64,000 bases of DNA from the human T2T-CHM13v2.0 reference genome, Homo sapiens, in the NCBI RefSeq assembly GCF_009914755.1, contig NC_060938.1; one strand, 5' to 3'. Each line of letters starts with the position of its first letter. The stretch's first letter is position 1. The position numbers and the translations under genes are program-made. Under the pieces are notes generated by a model that was given only the letters and a program-made list of their open reading frames with translations, was not told the DNA's origin and did not search any database. Positions 51,126 to 64,000 of this stretch are shown one piece after another.

Positions 51126-51789
51126 CTGACAGGCATTAAAAAAAAAAAAAATCAGGCACATATGTAGTTTATATGTATGGCTACATAAAGAATTCAGGCC
51201 ATTAAAAAGCGGGAAGGGAAAATGTGAAATGATCATTTGGTGATTCTAAAGCTCTCTCCATTCTTGGCAGTTATGAGAACACAGTCAATCAGAAAGACTT
51301 TCTTAAATCCTCTGGCCTAGATCAGATTAATAATAGGCTGGATTTATTTCAAATTGTTATAAAATAAACTAAACAGAAATTATCCTTTTTTATTATTCTT
51401 ATGATTCAGCAATATGTTTGTGTTATTGTTAATTGTAAATGTTGACTATGACATTTATTGAGAGACAGGAATTTTTTAAAATCATTTGTCTCTTCACATA
51501 TTTTCCTTGTTTTATTGAAATATTTCTTTAGATATTTTAAACCAAATATTTTTAAGTCCCAAAGATTATAATCTTTAAATATTGCTGCTATTTCTTATTA
51601 TAAAAATCAATACATTTTTAAATAAAATACTAAATGGCTAAATATAGAATTTGTCTGAAAAATTTGCTCTGTCAGACCCTATGATTGTCAAAAATAAGTG
51701 ATTAACTAGTTTCAGCGCTATTAGTGGCAGTATTTGGGGAAGGAATTAATGGGTCCTTAGTGGCATAACCCCTTCTACTGTTCATTTTC

Positions 51790-54110
51790 TTTCTTGCATC
51801 CTAGGTTGTGAATCTTTATGAGAAGGAATACTGTTTCAGTCATCTGCACAATCACCTCAACCTTTCTTAAAACTTGACTCATATTTGGTGATCAATATGC
51901 AAGTTTTGAATAAGCATACACATAAATAATATAGAACAGGTGATTAACAGCCTGGGTAATATACTATGTATTCTTAAAATATGCTGATTTTCTTAATTAT
52001 ACAATAATATATTTCTAGATATCTTTATACTAACGGCCATTTGAAAAAAAAATTAATCTTTTCCAAAATGATTTGCATATACTTGGATCAGGTTCTTGCC
52101 TTATAGGGTTGTTGGAAGTTAAAAAGCTCCACTCCTGTGAGCTAATATCAAATATTGGAGATGGGTATGTACTTATTATTTTTTAGTCTGTAGCTAAAGA
52201 GTAGGACATTATGTAAGTCTCAATGGTCTGTCAGTGAATAATTATTGAACACTTAGTGTATAACCTAAATTTCCCAATTTATAAAGAATGTCAGAGCCAT
52301 GACACAATTGACTTAAACTCTTTTTTTTTTTTCTTGATACAGATACATCTGTGTCTTTAATCATTTCGGTTGGTCTTCTATAGGTGCTTCCAATGCAAAT
52401 GTAGGTAGAACATTTCTTGCTTGGCTTACCCTCTGAGACCCTGGCTTTAATTGTGTCCCATCAATTAATCTTCTACTCCAATTCTTGATGAAACTGACAA
52501 TTCAAAATGCTAAGACTTTCCCCCTCTTTCCTCTCTGTACTTTGGTGGCAGTAGTTGTTCCGCCTCTCCACCATGCCATGTTATGCTCCTATCTTTTCTT
52601 GATAACATTCTAACCATCCTTATAGGCCCATCTTAAATAATATCGCCCCCAAGAAAGCTGTTCCTGTCCCCTCAGCTAAATGTTCTCCATCCCTTGCTTG
52701 AAGCTCCAAAAATGTTTCATTACACACTTACAGCTCACATGCATGGGCCTGTGGTACAGTCATGGTAGGTGTTTGATCTTTTCAACATTAATTGTCAATG
52801 TTATCTTTTACATATTTGTCTATATCTACACAGACAGGGAAGTGAAAGGTGGCTTATGATGTAATTCTTATGCCTGTTGATGCACATTTTCTATGTGTTT
52901 ACTGATACCCACAAAACCTAAACTTTTGCTTTTATTAAAATGATCTTACAATAGTTTTATTTTTCTCTTCTGACCTTTCTCAAGACAGAAAATCTGTTTA
53001 GTTCATCTTGATTTATTTATTTATTTATTTATTTTTTCTGGACCAGGTAGCACAGAGTCTTATATAGATCTGAGATTCTATAAAGATTTAAGTTTAAATA
53101 AATTGAATATAATTTATGTAGAAAGCATAAGGTGGAACAGAGAAGACATTAGTGTTTTATTTACACATTATTTACCAAGCACCCACTATAGTGGTTAAAG
53201 ATACAGAAATACATGGAATATAGCCTTTTCTCTCCAGAAACTTACTGTCTCATAGAAGAAAGCAGACTGATAATTATAGGCAGTTACAATTCAATGTAAA
53301 TATTACAGTGGTAGGGATAATCACAGTCTTTTTTTTTATTATTATACTGTAAGTTCTAGGATACATGTGCACAACGTGCAGGTTAGTTACATATGTATAC
53401 ATGTGCCATGTTGATGTGCTGCACCCATTAACCTGTCATTTAACATTAGGTATATCTCCTAATGCTATCCCTCCCCCCTTCCCCCACCCCGGATAATCAC
53501 AGTCTTATGGGAGCTCATAGAAGAACAACTATGGGAAAGGTTTGTAATTTGTTCCTCTCTTCCAAACCTTCTAAAGGTGCTTCAGGCTTGTAAAAAAGAA
53601 AAAAACAGAAATACTAGGTAATTATGAAAAAAGTACAATAAAACTAATAAGAGAAATAACAAAGAGGATGAGTGAGAGAAGTATAACCCAGAGAGGCTTG
53701 TGCACGTTAAGTACATATATGGGGGAGGAGCAAGCCTGGAGTACTGAAAGGCAAACTTCTACAGAAGCATCCTAGAAGGAAACTCTTCCCCCAGAACTCA
53801 GCAAGGCATTGCAAGCAGGGCAGCTACCACACTGTGATTTTGCATCCCTGGTGTCAATATTTTCATTAGTTGCCAGTAACAACTCAGAGTTGTACAATCT
53901 GTGCTCTGTTAAGTGTTGACATGGAGCTTTCAAATTCTATCTGGAAAAAGAAAATCCCTTCATTTCTTCAATTTTCATCCTAATTACATGTGGCGGTTTG
54001 TTTAGCTTAATTTCTATAGCAGCCACAGCAAATTCAGTCCCTTGCCCAACGTTCACAAATAGTGTCACTTAATAAATACTTGCTGAAAAAATAAATGAAT
54101 GAATGTGAAG
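51790..54110. mobile_element. Cluster of L2 fragments in both orientations
   Basis: ggcccatcttaaataatatcgcccccaagaaagc (+), atttaccaagcacccactat (-), cttaataaatacttgctgaaaaaataaatgaatgaatg (+). Confidence 0.6.
53331..53490 (-). mobile_element. 160-bp 3' fragment of a young L1 (L1PA3/4-like)
   Basis: gcaggttagttacatatgtatacatgtgcc; perfect 16-bp TSD ggataatcacagtctt at 53315-53330 and 53491-53506. Confidence 0.97.
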
Positions 54111-55795
54111 ATGAGACGTGTCAGCCTATTAAAAAGGTTTTAATATTTTTCACCTCAGGACAGTTTAGGTTATAGGATAAAGGAATTCAGTGTCCTTTAT
54201 AATTCACCAATAGTCATTATTATCCCAGGCAAGTGAGCATGTGGACATGTGTCAGGATGAATCAGGCCATATTTTAATAGTTAGTTCCGGTAGATCAAAG
54301 TGGAATGGATTTATTTCAAGAGGCTCAAAAAAACCTCATTTTGAAGGCTGTAATGAAAAGTAAAGATGATAAAGAACACTGTTTTTCATGATAAGGAAAA
54401 TTCTGCCTTTCAAGAGAGACATCATAATTTCTTCTAATTATAAGAAAAATGTTGCTGCCTTGAGTGCTCTCATTCATGTGTACAGCCAAAGGGATTTTCT
54501 GCATAAAAGAATAATTAGGTTCTATCCCTTCATACTAAAAAAAATCAGCTATCTTACTTTTCTTTTATACCTTTACCCCCCTCATATTCTTTGACCTCTA
54601 CTCTGCTGAATCTTTTATATGTCATACAAGGAAGTTTTAGAGGGGCTTTGATTTCTCCAATTCCTTTGGTGGCTGGCAGTGTTTGCTGTGCTGAATTTGG
54701 AAGTGCCTAATTTGGGAGTTCTGCTCGTGTTAGGCTAAAAACTGATCAGATTTCATTTTATGTGTGAAGATCATTTTCAGTCTGTAGATTTAAACATTCT
54801 ATTTGCCTGAAATACATTCTAAATAATGCACTGTGGGCTTTTATTTAGGAAAGTTTTTAAACAACTTAGTTTTAAAGACAAAGAATGTTCTAGAAAGGCT
54901 CACCTTTTAAACCATTTAAATAGAAAAGAGATGCTAGGGATGTTGATGGGCTGGAGCCACCCGGCAGTTCTGAGATAGTGATTTCAGATTACATCTGGAG
55001 TTACTGAATTTTAAAGGAAGGTGTATAAGGAAGATAGCAGAGCACAATTAGAACTTATCATTGACCTGATTCGTGTGGTCCATAATTCTCAATTGCATAG
55101 ATAACTGCTGTGAGAGGGAAGATGTGTACCTGCAATGAAATAAATTCAAACCAAAATGCCAGCAAAGTAGAAAGAAGGATTGCTCCAACTCATAGTGAAT
55201 AAGAATATTGTTTGAACCTTCTGAGAGATTACAATTTTTTTGACTTAGAAATGGAATATGATCATTGGCTTTCAAATGGAAAGATCAATGATAAATATGG
55301 ATGGGAACGAAGTCTTAAAAATTGAATTTTTCTAAGGAAGTTTAGTGGCTTTTTTCAAATAATGACAATAGCCACTACATATTGAGTGCTAATTCTGGGT
55401 TGGACTTGATTTTAGGGATTTAAGAATACTATCTGCACTTCCTACAGTGGCCCCAGAAAGTGGATAAACTGAAGGGGAAGAGAGAGAGGGGGGTGGGGGT
55501 AAAGTGACTGATTCATCCAAGATCACATGGTCAGAAACTGGTGGTCAGACCTCACACCCAAGCTGTTTCATATCATTATGCTATCCAGCTTGGCACTGAA
55601 AGAAAACCAGGACTGACTCTTTCTCTTATAGGGTTTTGTTACATGAGCTAAATACTAATGTATAGACATGAAGTAACAGGCTTACTTGTGCATAATGACT
55701 CTTTGCTGTCTATGGTCAGTAGATCATTAGTAGACTGAGTCACCACATCTAGCTCAATCAGAAAGACACACAGTGCACTTGTTTGGTGAGGGGTG

Positions 55796-56215
55796 TGACA
55801 TAGTTTGGATGTTTGTCCCCTCCAAATCTCATGTTGAAATATGATCCCCAATATTGGAGGTGGAGTCTGATGGGAGGTATTTAGGTCATGGGGACAGATC
55901 CCTCACGAATGGCTTGGTGCCATCCCCTTGGTGATGAGTAAATTCTCGCTCTATTGGTTCATACAGAGTAGGTTGTTTAAAAGAGCTTGGCACCTCCTCC
56001 TCTCTCTCTTGCTCCCTCTCTCATCATGTGACATGTCTGCTCCCTCTTCACCTTTTGCCATGAGTAAAACTTTCCTGAGGCCTCACCAGAAACTAACCAG
56101 ATGCTGGTGCCGTGCTTGTATAGCCTGCAGAACCATGAGCCAAATAAACCTTTTTTCTTTATAAATTACCCAGTCTCAGACATTCCTTTATAGCAATGCA
56201 AAGCAGATTAACACC
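55796..56215 (+). mobile_element. MSTB MaLR solo LTR
   Basis: atagtttggatgtttgtcccctccaaatctcatgttgaaat...gaatggcttggtgcc...ataaattacccagtctcag; TSD gggtg/gtgtg. Confidence 0.92.
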
Positions 56216-56774
56216 GTGTGAACTCCAGTCAATGGTTTGGGAAAAGAAGGTCTTTGGCTCTTTCTTTCATAGCTGGCCTTTACAATTTTTTATTCTCTAT
56301 TTCACTGATTTTTTTTCTTATTAAGTTAAGAGTTATCTATAGAGTTTCAGGGGCTATTCCTATCATATCAGAAGAGGCAAAAGAAATTGCTTTGTACATG
56401 AAAAAGTGCAGTACTCTCCTAGGTGAGAAGGTAATAGTCTTAATGTGCTTGTGTGCTATGCTCAGCATGGCAGTGCAGCAGGGCAGTGGAGAGTAGGGAC
56501 TGGAGATCTAGAGCAGGCTGAGTTGCCCTGACTACATGCATGACTTTAGACAAGTTATTTAACCTCCATGAGCCTCAGTTTCCTCACCTGTAAAATGGAG
56601 ATGACGATTAAAAATAGTGCCTTTCTCATATACATATATGGAGGATTAAATGAGTATTTCATATACTTAAAATGCTGAGAACAGTGAGGACACATAGTAA
56701 ATCGCACATAAATATAGATGAGTATTTCAGGTCCATTATCTCATTGAATCTGCACCATATCCCTGTGTAAAATG

Positions 56775-56776
<2 letters not shown>

Positions 56777-56842
<66 letters not shown>
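56777..56842. repeat. (AT)18(GT)15 compound microsatellite
   Basis: Read directly. Confidence 0.95.
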
Positions 56843-56844
<2 letters not shown>

Positions 56845-57606
56845 ATTTTATAGGTTAGTAAATGAGTCTGAGAGAGATTAACTCATCCATAGTCATTTAA
56901 CTCAAAAGTATTTAAATGTGGGCGGTTGGAGTCCTAGCCAATTTGATCCTAAGCCTAGTTGAGATATGAACCCAGGCTTGTGTGATATATGATTTTATTC
57001 TTTATATTTCCAGCTGAGAATAATTTTTCATTTATATTTTTAATATAGCGTATATATTATATACATATCCACACACATACATATATTATTATTACACATA
57101 TATATAAAAGAAATATCAGGAGACTTGTATCCTGACCCTATGACAGGTACGAGTCATGCCTCAGAGCTTCCAGCCTTACCCAATGTCACAGAGTTCCTTG
57201 TCCTCTAATCCAAACCTTTCATAGTGTGCCAGTTAAATGTACACTCTCTGGTCCCAGATTGCCTGGATCTGTATCCCAGCTCTTCAACTTACTATGATAT
57301 TGGGAAACTCATTTAACTTCTCCATGCGTTAGCTTATTTATTTACAAAACAGAAATAGTACCAATAACCTTTGTCTTAGAATGTGATTGTTGAGTTTATG
57401 TATTTAAAGCACTTGAATTGGTATATATTAAATAGTATGAAGTGCTTATTATTATTACTACTCAATGATTTCAGATTAATGGTTTAAGAAGGCTTGGTTG
57501 ACTATACTAAGACCGCTAAAACAATGACATGAATGAAAGAAGAATGAAAGAATGTTCCCATGGGTAGTATCTGAAAGATTATAAAAGAATGGGGAAGACT
57601 TAATTC

Positions 57607-57903
57607 GTTTTTGTTTGTTTGTTTTCAGAGACAGAGTCTTGCTCTGTCACCCAGGCTGAAAGGCAGTAGTGCAATCTTGGTTCACTGGAACCTTCATCTC
57701 CCAGGCTGAAGCGATTCTTATGTCTCAGCCTCCCAAGTAGCTGGGACTACAGGCGTGTGTGCATGGCTAATTTTGGTATTTCTAGTAGAGACAGGGTTTC
57801 ACCATGTTTGCCAGGCTGGGCTCAAACTCCTGGCCTCAAATGATTTGCCTGCCTGGACTTCCCAAAGTGTTGGGATTTTAGGCATGAACTACCATGCTCA
57901 GCT
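57607..57903 (-). mobile_element. Alu (J-type)
   Basis: Antisense dimer, (TTTG)n tail, TSD gaagacttaattc at 57594-57606 and 57907-57919. Confidence 0.93.
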
Positions 57904-58339
57904 GGAGAAGACTTAATTCTGATAGGGTAAGAATAACATACATTCTTTCATAGTTAAGAATTGTCATTTATTTTAAAAGTCTTGAGTATCTCCTCCCTTT
58001 ATCATCATTTAAAATATCAAACAACTGACTTGAAACAATATATATATTAGATTTTTATCTAGTATATTTGAGAGAAATTTCAAGATTTTCTATAGCTAAC
58101 CAAAGAGGTGATTATTAGTTGAGAGTTGAGGAATGTTAACGTATCTAAGGGAAACCTATACATTCTATATTTGGAGTTGCCTAAAGATTGTTCTCTGGAC
58201 TTGGCTACCTATAAACTCTAGACCAATGAAACAAAACATATTCCATGCTTTTCTCTTTACCTCTTCTTTTGCCTAGTAGTTTTGCTTTTGTGTGTGTGTG
58301 TGTGTAATTTTCTAGCTTTTTAAATAGTCTAACATCCTC

Positions 58340-61215
58340 CTTTCCTTGTTTAAGTCAGAAAATTGGAATATAATCCTAATTTTTTTCTCCCCCTCACCTG
58401 CCACATCCAATCAGTGATCAAGTCTTCTCCTCTAATAAAGCTTGACTTTCTGCAGCTTCTCCATTCCCACTGTCATTACTTTATATTAGGGTCTCATTAC
58501 TTCTCACCTGGGTCATTGCAATAATCATTCCTCCCCCAGCATTCTTTTTGACCCCAGTGTTGCTCTGTTCCAAAAGATATCCAAGGTAAATTTTATTCTT
58601 ATTATGTGAAACCCAGTACTCAAAATATTTCAATAGCAAGACTTCCATACATGGCTCTTCCTACCTACTTTTCCATCTCTGGACCTACCCTTGCTTCTTC
58701 TTCCCTCTCTCCCACCATTTCCCATCCTCAAACAAATGCAAATCAATTGTATTGAAGTCCTGATAATTTCTCAAATGTGTCAATACCTTTGCCTCTGTCA
58801 TTGCTGCTCCTTCTGCCTGGAATTATCCTCAGAACCTCCCCTTCCACTCATATATGATCACCTGGATAACCCCTTCCAATCATCCTTCAAAACCCAACAT
58901 ACCATCACATTTTCTAAGATTTCCCTGATGTTCTCAGCCTTAACTGCCTACACATCTCCTACAAACTCACAAATCTTTATCACTCTATACCATGGTTATT
59001 TATTTGACTATCTTCACTCGAGGCTGCAAACTTCTGAAAGTCAGGAATTAGATATTTTTTCTCTATATCCTCGAGCCAAGAACATCTTTCAATGAAAAAG
59101 GGCTCAGTAAATATCTGTATACTAATTAAAACCCATAGTAATAACGAATTTAATCTTCTTGAGTCTCTTTGTAAGTGGAACAACTGTTTTCTAGGCAAGT
59201 CAAATAATTAAATTGGAATAAATATTTTTCTGGTTTCAAGTTTGGAATGTCTAATATGTCAACATACCAATATCAAAAAGGAAAGTTTGTGACTATCTCC
59301 TATGAGTAAAGTATAATGCTTGAGAGAATATTTTGTATTTTTAAAAAAACTTTCTAGTTTTCAAAGTGCTGTTACATGCGTTATTGAGGTTCATAACTGT
59401 GAAGTAAGTAACACAGGTATTATTATCCTCATTTTACAAATGAGAAAACTGAAGCCCAAAAAGAGAGCTGGCATACATAAAATCACTCACACAGAAGTAA
59501 GGTAATTTGAAAACCATTTTAGGACTCTAAAAATATAAACATTTAAGCATTTACTACATGCAGTTGTTATTTCCACTGTATCATACTCCTCTCACATTAT
59601 TTACAATCAAGCTGGGGAAAATATAGAAAGAAGTAAAATGCATTAATTTATTGAGAACTACCAGGAACTTTATGTGCACGTTCTCATTCTGTCTTCAAAA
59701 TAGCCATGGAAGGTTGGAATTATTAATCCATTTTACAGATACAAAAAAAATGAGGTTCAGAAAGAGTAACTTGTTAAGGGTTGCAAAATTATTAAGTGGT
59801 AGAGTCAAATTTTGCACTGAGATTTGTCTGATTCCCAAGTCCAAATATGCTTAATATGGAAAGAAAGTGCCAAGAAGGCTAAGGAAGCATGACAGTCTTT
59901 AGACTAATTGAGAATGGCATTATATCCAATGAGTCTGATCTGGTATATGGAAGGGACTGAACACTAGGAGTTTTCTGGGAAGAGGTTGAAATAAGCTTCA
60001 TCCCAGAAGATGGGTGGATTGAAGCAGAACTCCTGTTACTAGCTAGTGGAAAAGGAACAGTGTCTAGTCTTCTCTAAAAAGGGACTTGTTAAGCAAGGTC
60101 TTAAAGATTTTCTGTGCACTAATGAAATGGTCTTAGGGTTTGAAACAAGGCTGCCGTCCTAGCAGGAAACTGAAATTAGAAACAGGTGCTGGAACGGAAG
60201 ACAAATCATACACAGAGAGAATGGAAGAAGATGCAGGTCAATTTCCTGTGATGGGAACCTCCTTCTCTGAACATCTCTTAAGCTTTCTATTATCATCATT
60301 CTTCATGGTGAAATTATCAACTCTAGGATTTCCTTCACCATCTCTATGTTGATGACTCCCAAATGTCTCTAGTTCTAAGTTATCTCTTGAGTCCCAGACT
60401 CTTATCACCACTGCATTCTAGACAGCTCCACTTGGATGTTCTGAAGATGCCTTCACAGTAAATATTCACAAAGTTAAACTTATATACCACCTTCCAGAAA
60501 GCCTAATTTTCATGTAATCTCTAGTTCAGTAAAATGCATTGCACTTACTCATTTGCCTAGGCAAGAAACTTGAGTGTTATCCTTTACTTTCACATTTCAT
60601 TAACATCTCTCTGTCCTTACCCAATCAATTTCAAAATCTTATGATTCTGCCTCCTTATTAGCGCCTGAAACTGTCTCATTCCCGCTCCTTCTCCTTTAAT
60701 ACTTCTAGATGATTGCCTTCAGGCATGCTTATCTCTATACCATGATCCACAATGAACTTAGAGAGGTATTTGTAATATGTCCATCTGGTCATGTCATTTT
60801 TGTGCTTGAAACCTTCCATTGGTTTCATGTTGCCCTAAGAATAAAGGCTGACCTCTTTGCTGTGGAATAGAAGGATCTTTCTAATTTGGCCTCTGTCAGC
60901 CTTTCTAACCTCACAACTTACTTCCAGACCACAGCATTAATCCATGCCCTTTATGCTCCAGTAAAATATTTTAAAGTCCCAAAAAGTCTTCTCTGACCCC
61001 TGTCTCCCCCAGGATTTGATATGTATCCTTTGCACCTCTTGTGATATTTACCTGAACATAGCACTTATTGAAATTGTTTAAAGTTTTTCTACTCAGTGAA
61101 CTGTAAACTCATTAAGAGAAGGAACGATGTGCTTTTGACTGTTGTTTCCCAAGCACCTCTCAAGGCAGTTGGCACATTAACGTGATCAACCAATATTAGT
61201 TGAGTAAATGAAATG
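58340..61215 (+). mobile_element. L2 elements (58340-59130, 60250-61215) with antisense MIRs between them (59340-59510, 59640-59850)
   Basis: cacatccaatcagtgatcaagtc; gttgatgactcccaaatgtc (RT DD region); 3' end caaccaatattagttgagtaaatgaaatga; MIR cattttacaaatgagaaaactgaag. Confidence 0.8.
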
Positions 61216-61459
61216 AGTCCCGGGGGACTCACACTAGCTTGAGGGTCATGGGCCAATTCCAAACTCACTGTCTGTAGGGGGATAATGAGTCTGATGATAG
61301 ACACGGTTCTCACTGGCTCAGGGCCTTAGAGAGATTGAATCTGTAACTTGGAGATGCTCAGTACCAGCAGTTGGCCAAAGCTATAGCAGAAAGCCATTTT
61401 AGTGCTCTAAAATATTCAGGCACAGCTCATTTTCCACCAAAAGCTGATATCTCTCTCCT

Positions 61460-61896
61460 AACTTTAGACTTTAATTTCTTTGATCTTATCCCTAGAAAAA
61501 CTAAAGCAGAGACTTGACTTCTTCTTTGGGTCCTGGTCTATGTGAATCTTACAAGCTTGGACTTCCCTTGGCTGTTTCATCTTCATAAGCCTCATTTGTA
61601 ATGAGTAATTTCATGGGCTGAAATAAAGGAAAAGATGATACTATCAGATAAAATGAAATAAGTTTACAGATCTTACAGTAAACTTTAGACTTTTATTCCT
61701 TTGTTCTTATTCCCAGAAAAACTAAAACAGAGACTTTCCCTCTTCTTTGAGTCCTGGTCTATGTGAACTTTACAAACTTGGACTTCACTTGGCTGTTTCA
61801 TCTTCGTAAGCTTCATTTATAATACATAATTTCATGGGCTGAAATAAAGGAAAAGATAATGCAAACAGATAAAATAAGTTTATCGCTCTTGCAGTA
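61460..61896. repeat. Two-copy tandem duplication, 221-bp period
   Basis: Copy 1 at 61460-61680, copy 2 at 61681-61896; hand alignment gives ~28 mismatches plus one 5-bp gap (~87% identity). Confidence 0.95.
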
Positions 61897-63262
61897 TTTA
61901 TTTTATTCTATTTATTTCATATCTGTTTATATTGATACCAAATAGTGAATTAGTAGATTCACAGAAAAATAACAGATTCATATTTCTAGTTTATTTGTGG
62001 GTCACATATCCCAAACCCTGGTTTAGTAAGGATAAAAGCATCATGGAGAAAATCCACCCATTGGCACACGGGGTAGATTCTGTGTTTCCTTTTTTGCCAT
62101 ATAATCCCTTGGCTGTTCCTTTGATCAGCAGTGCAAATCCTAATTAAGGTTTCATCTGATAATTTGATTTCATGATAAAGATCTATTCTCAGTCAGGAGC
62201 TTTGCCTCTTTAAATTCCCGAGGTTAATGAAAATCACTAATCCAATGGATAAACAGGCAATGGAAAAGTCAAATCATAACTTTCATGTTTTCAGAAATAC
62301 TGTGATTTAAGGGTTTTTGGAGACTCTTCTGATGAAGCAAGATTAAGATGCAAATTTTACTGAGAGGGAAGAGAAAACTTCCTAAGTAGGAAAGGAAATT
62401 ATGAAAATGACATTGCTGTCTTCAAAGTACAGTAATTTCTAGTGCCACAAATCTCCCAGGTGTTGAGGTAGTTCCCCTCCAAATGACAGGAGAGGGCAAG
62501 AAGGTGAAGTTGAACCTTGTAGAATAAGAATAATGCAAATAATTCTGAGAATGAAACCTAGACCCTTGCTTCCCATCCACTTGTCATGTGACCCCTGAGT
62601 TTCTGAGCAGATCCCCTCAACTCTGAGTTTGATCAATGACGAGTTCATCAAGAAAAGGTCACATTCTTTTATCGAGAAATGAACAATGAACAAACTAGGG
62701 AAGTAAATTGATGGATTTTTCTTTTTAGAATCCTATTAGTTCTGGGAAAATTCCAAAAGACTTTTATAACATTCCCCAAATGGCCAGAGCTAATAGCAGA
62801 GTTCAGCATATTAACATTCAGAGGAATGAATCCATATTTATTTCATGAAATTTAATTATATACTAGAAGAAAAAAGAACCAAGAGGGACATAAAAGAGAT
62901 AATACCAATGTATTGAGAAAATAAGCAAAAGAACATTTTCTGGGAGACAGAAAGAAAGAGGATAAAACAGAAGCTAAGCTTAAATATACCCATGACCAGT
63001 TGCTTTGAATATTACTGGGAAGCACTGGGAAGACCAAATGAATTTAAGAAAATGTGTTCTATACATTTTCCTTTCATTTTACTAAAACATTGAAAATCAT
63101 TGAAACACATGTTTGCCTTATGCCATCTAAGAAATTACCTGTCAAGAAAAACACACATGGAACACATTTACACAAACATATCCTCAAAATCTAGATTAAA
63201 AAGTAAATACATCTGCATTTGTCTGTTTTACCCTGGAAAGTCACTGGTTCTAATTTTTCTCT

Positions 63263-63264
<2 letters not shown>

Positions 63265-63302
<38 letters not shown>
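63265..63302. repeat. (GT)19 microsatellite
   Basis: Read directly. Confidence 0.95.
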
Positions 63303-63305
<3 letters not shown>

Positions 63306-64000
63306 CATATATAATTTCCAACTCATTTATGTGAAAACTTTTTTTTTGAGCAGTGGAGTTGGGAAATAGGATATGGAGTATACTTTTTATTTAGAATTAT
63401 AGAAAGATCAGTAATGATGGCAAAGTTGCTGCCTGCTGCAAGCCCTTGGGTGCATTTTATGACAGAGGTTCGTGGCTGGAGGCTATTTTCAAGTAAATGT
63501 AAATCATCAGTCATTGAAAAATCTAGTACTAATTGAGCCTCTTGTCATAATGCTCAGCTAAGAATCTCCCTGCTTTCTCATTTAAAAACAGTGGCTCTTT
63601 CCTAGCCAAGTAAAGAAGGGAAACTATCAGGGAAACATGACATGACCCAATAATGAAAAGAAATTTATTCTCCATTTTTCAAGCTGAAGAAATAGCTTTG
63701 ACTCTGACCTGAAAACAAGGTATATATGTATTGGGCTGGGGCAGTGGTGGTGGATATTGATACCTGTATACCTTTTTGAACCAAGCACTCAGTGCTCTCT
63801 CTTTTGGGGAGAGAAAGCCACAGCAACATTTATTCACATAACACATCCAGAAGTTTAACTTATCCTCCTTTTAAAAAGTGGTTTGCCTGTTTTTCTCTAT
63901 CAGACATAGTCCAGGCTCCATCTAAATCTAAATGGCTTAAATCATGTACAGTGGACTCTAAATAGAGTACATCTAAATGTAAAGTGGTTACAGGAATAAA

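Larger units (their letters stand above)
55370..57460. mobile_element. MIR cluster (55370-55600 -, 56465-56720 +, 56725-56990 -, 57220-57460 +)
   Basis: gagcctcagtttcctcacctgtaaaatgg and related MIR cores. Confidence 0.75.

Noticed and set aside
58691-59095. 134-aa ORF
   Set aside because: Lies within a decayed L2, has a non-ATG start and shows no protein resemblance.
43573-63550. Recurrent TTATGACA motif (near 43574, 51071, 63457, 63543) as a dispersed signal
   Set aside because: About four copies are expected by chance in 64 kb of this composition, and it also occurs within L1.

Overview
AT-rich primate genomic DNA (human or another catarrhine, judged from AluY, an L1PA3/4-like fragment and an LTR12), most likely intergenic or deep intronic. 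I see no recognisable protein-coding gene, tRNA, rRNA, CRISPR array or CpG island. The longer ORFs are decayed LINE-1 ORF1/ORF2, Alu, LTR or low-complexity frames. The first ~39 kb is dominated by retroelements: a nearly full-length but internally deleted L1PA7-like element (761-6517, minus), a 5'-truncated relative (10701-14418), old L1M pieces, an LTR12 solo LTR with its CCAAT array, and a nested stack at 30.9-38.8 kb (L1M > MLT2A; L1M > L1PA15/16 > antisense L1PA13/14, Alu, MER51). The last 25 kb is L2/MIR/MaLR-rich with unique islands carrying HOX/PBX/MEIS or SOX motif clusters, a few well-formed candidate exons, and an old 221-bp tandem duplication. I cannot support a new biological system from the sequence alone. 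The best leads are a possible minus-strand spliced transcript at 49.8-51.1 kb, an L1-in-L1 inverted repeat, two L1 breakpoints at the same 3'UTR G-tract, and two template-switch micro-inversions. Repeat subfamily names come from recalled consensus features and need RepeatMasker/Dfam confirmation. Boundaries without a stated target-site duplication (TSD) are approximate.
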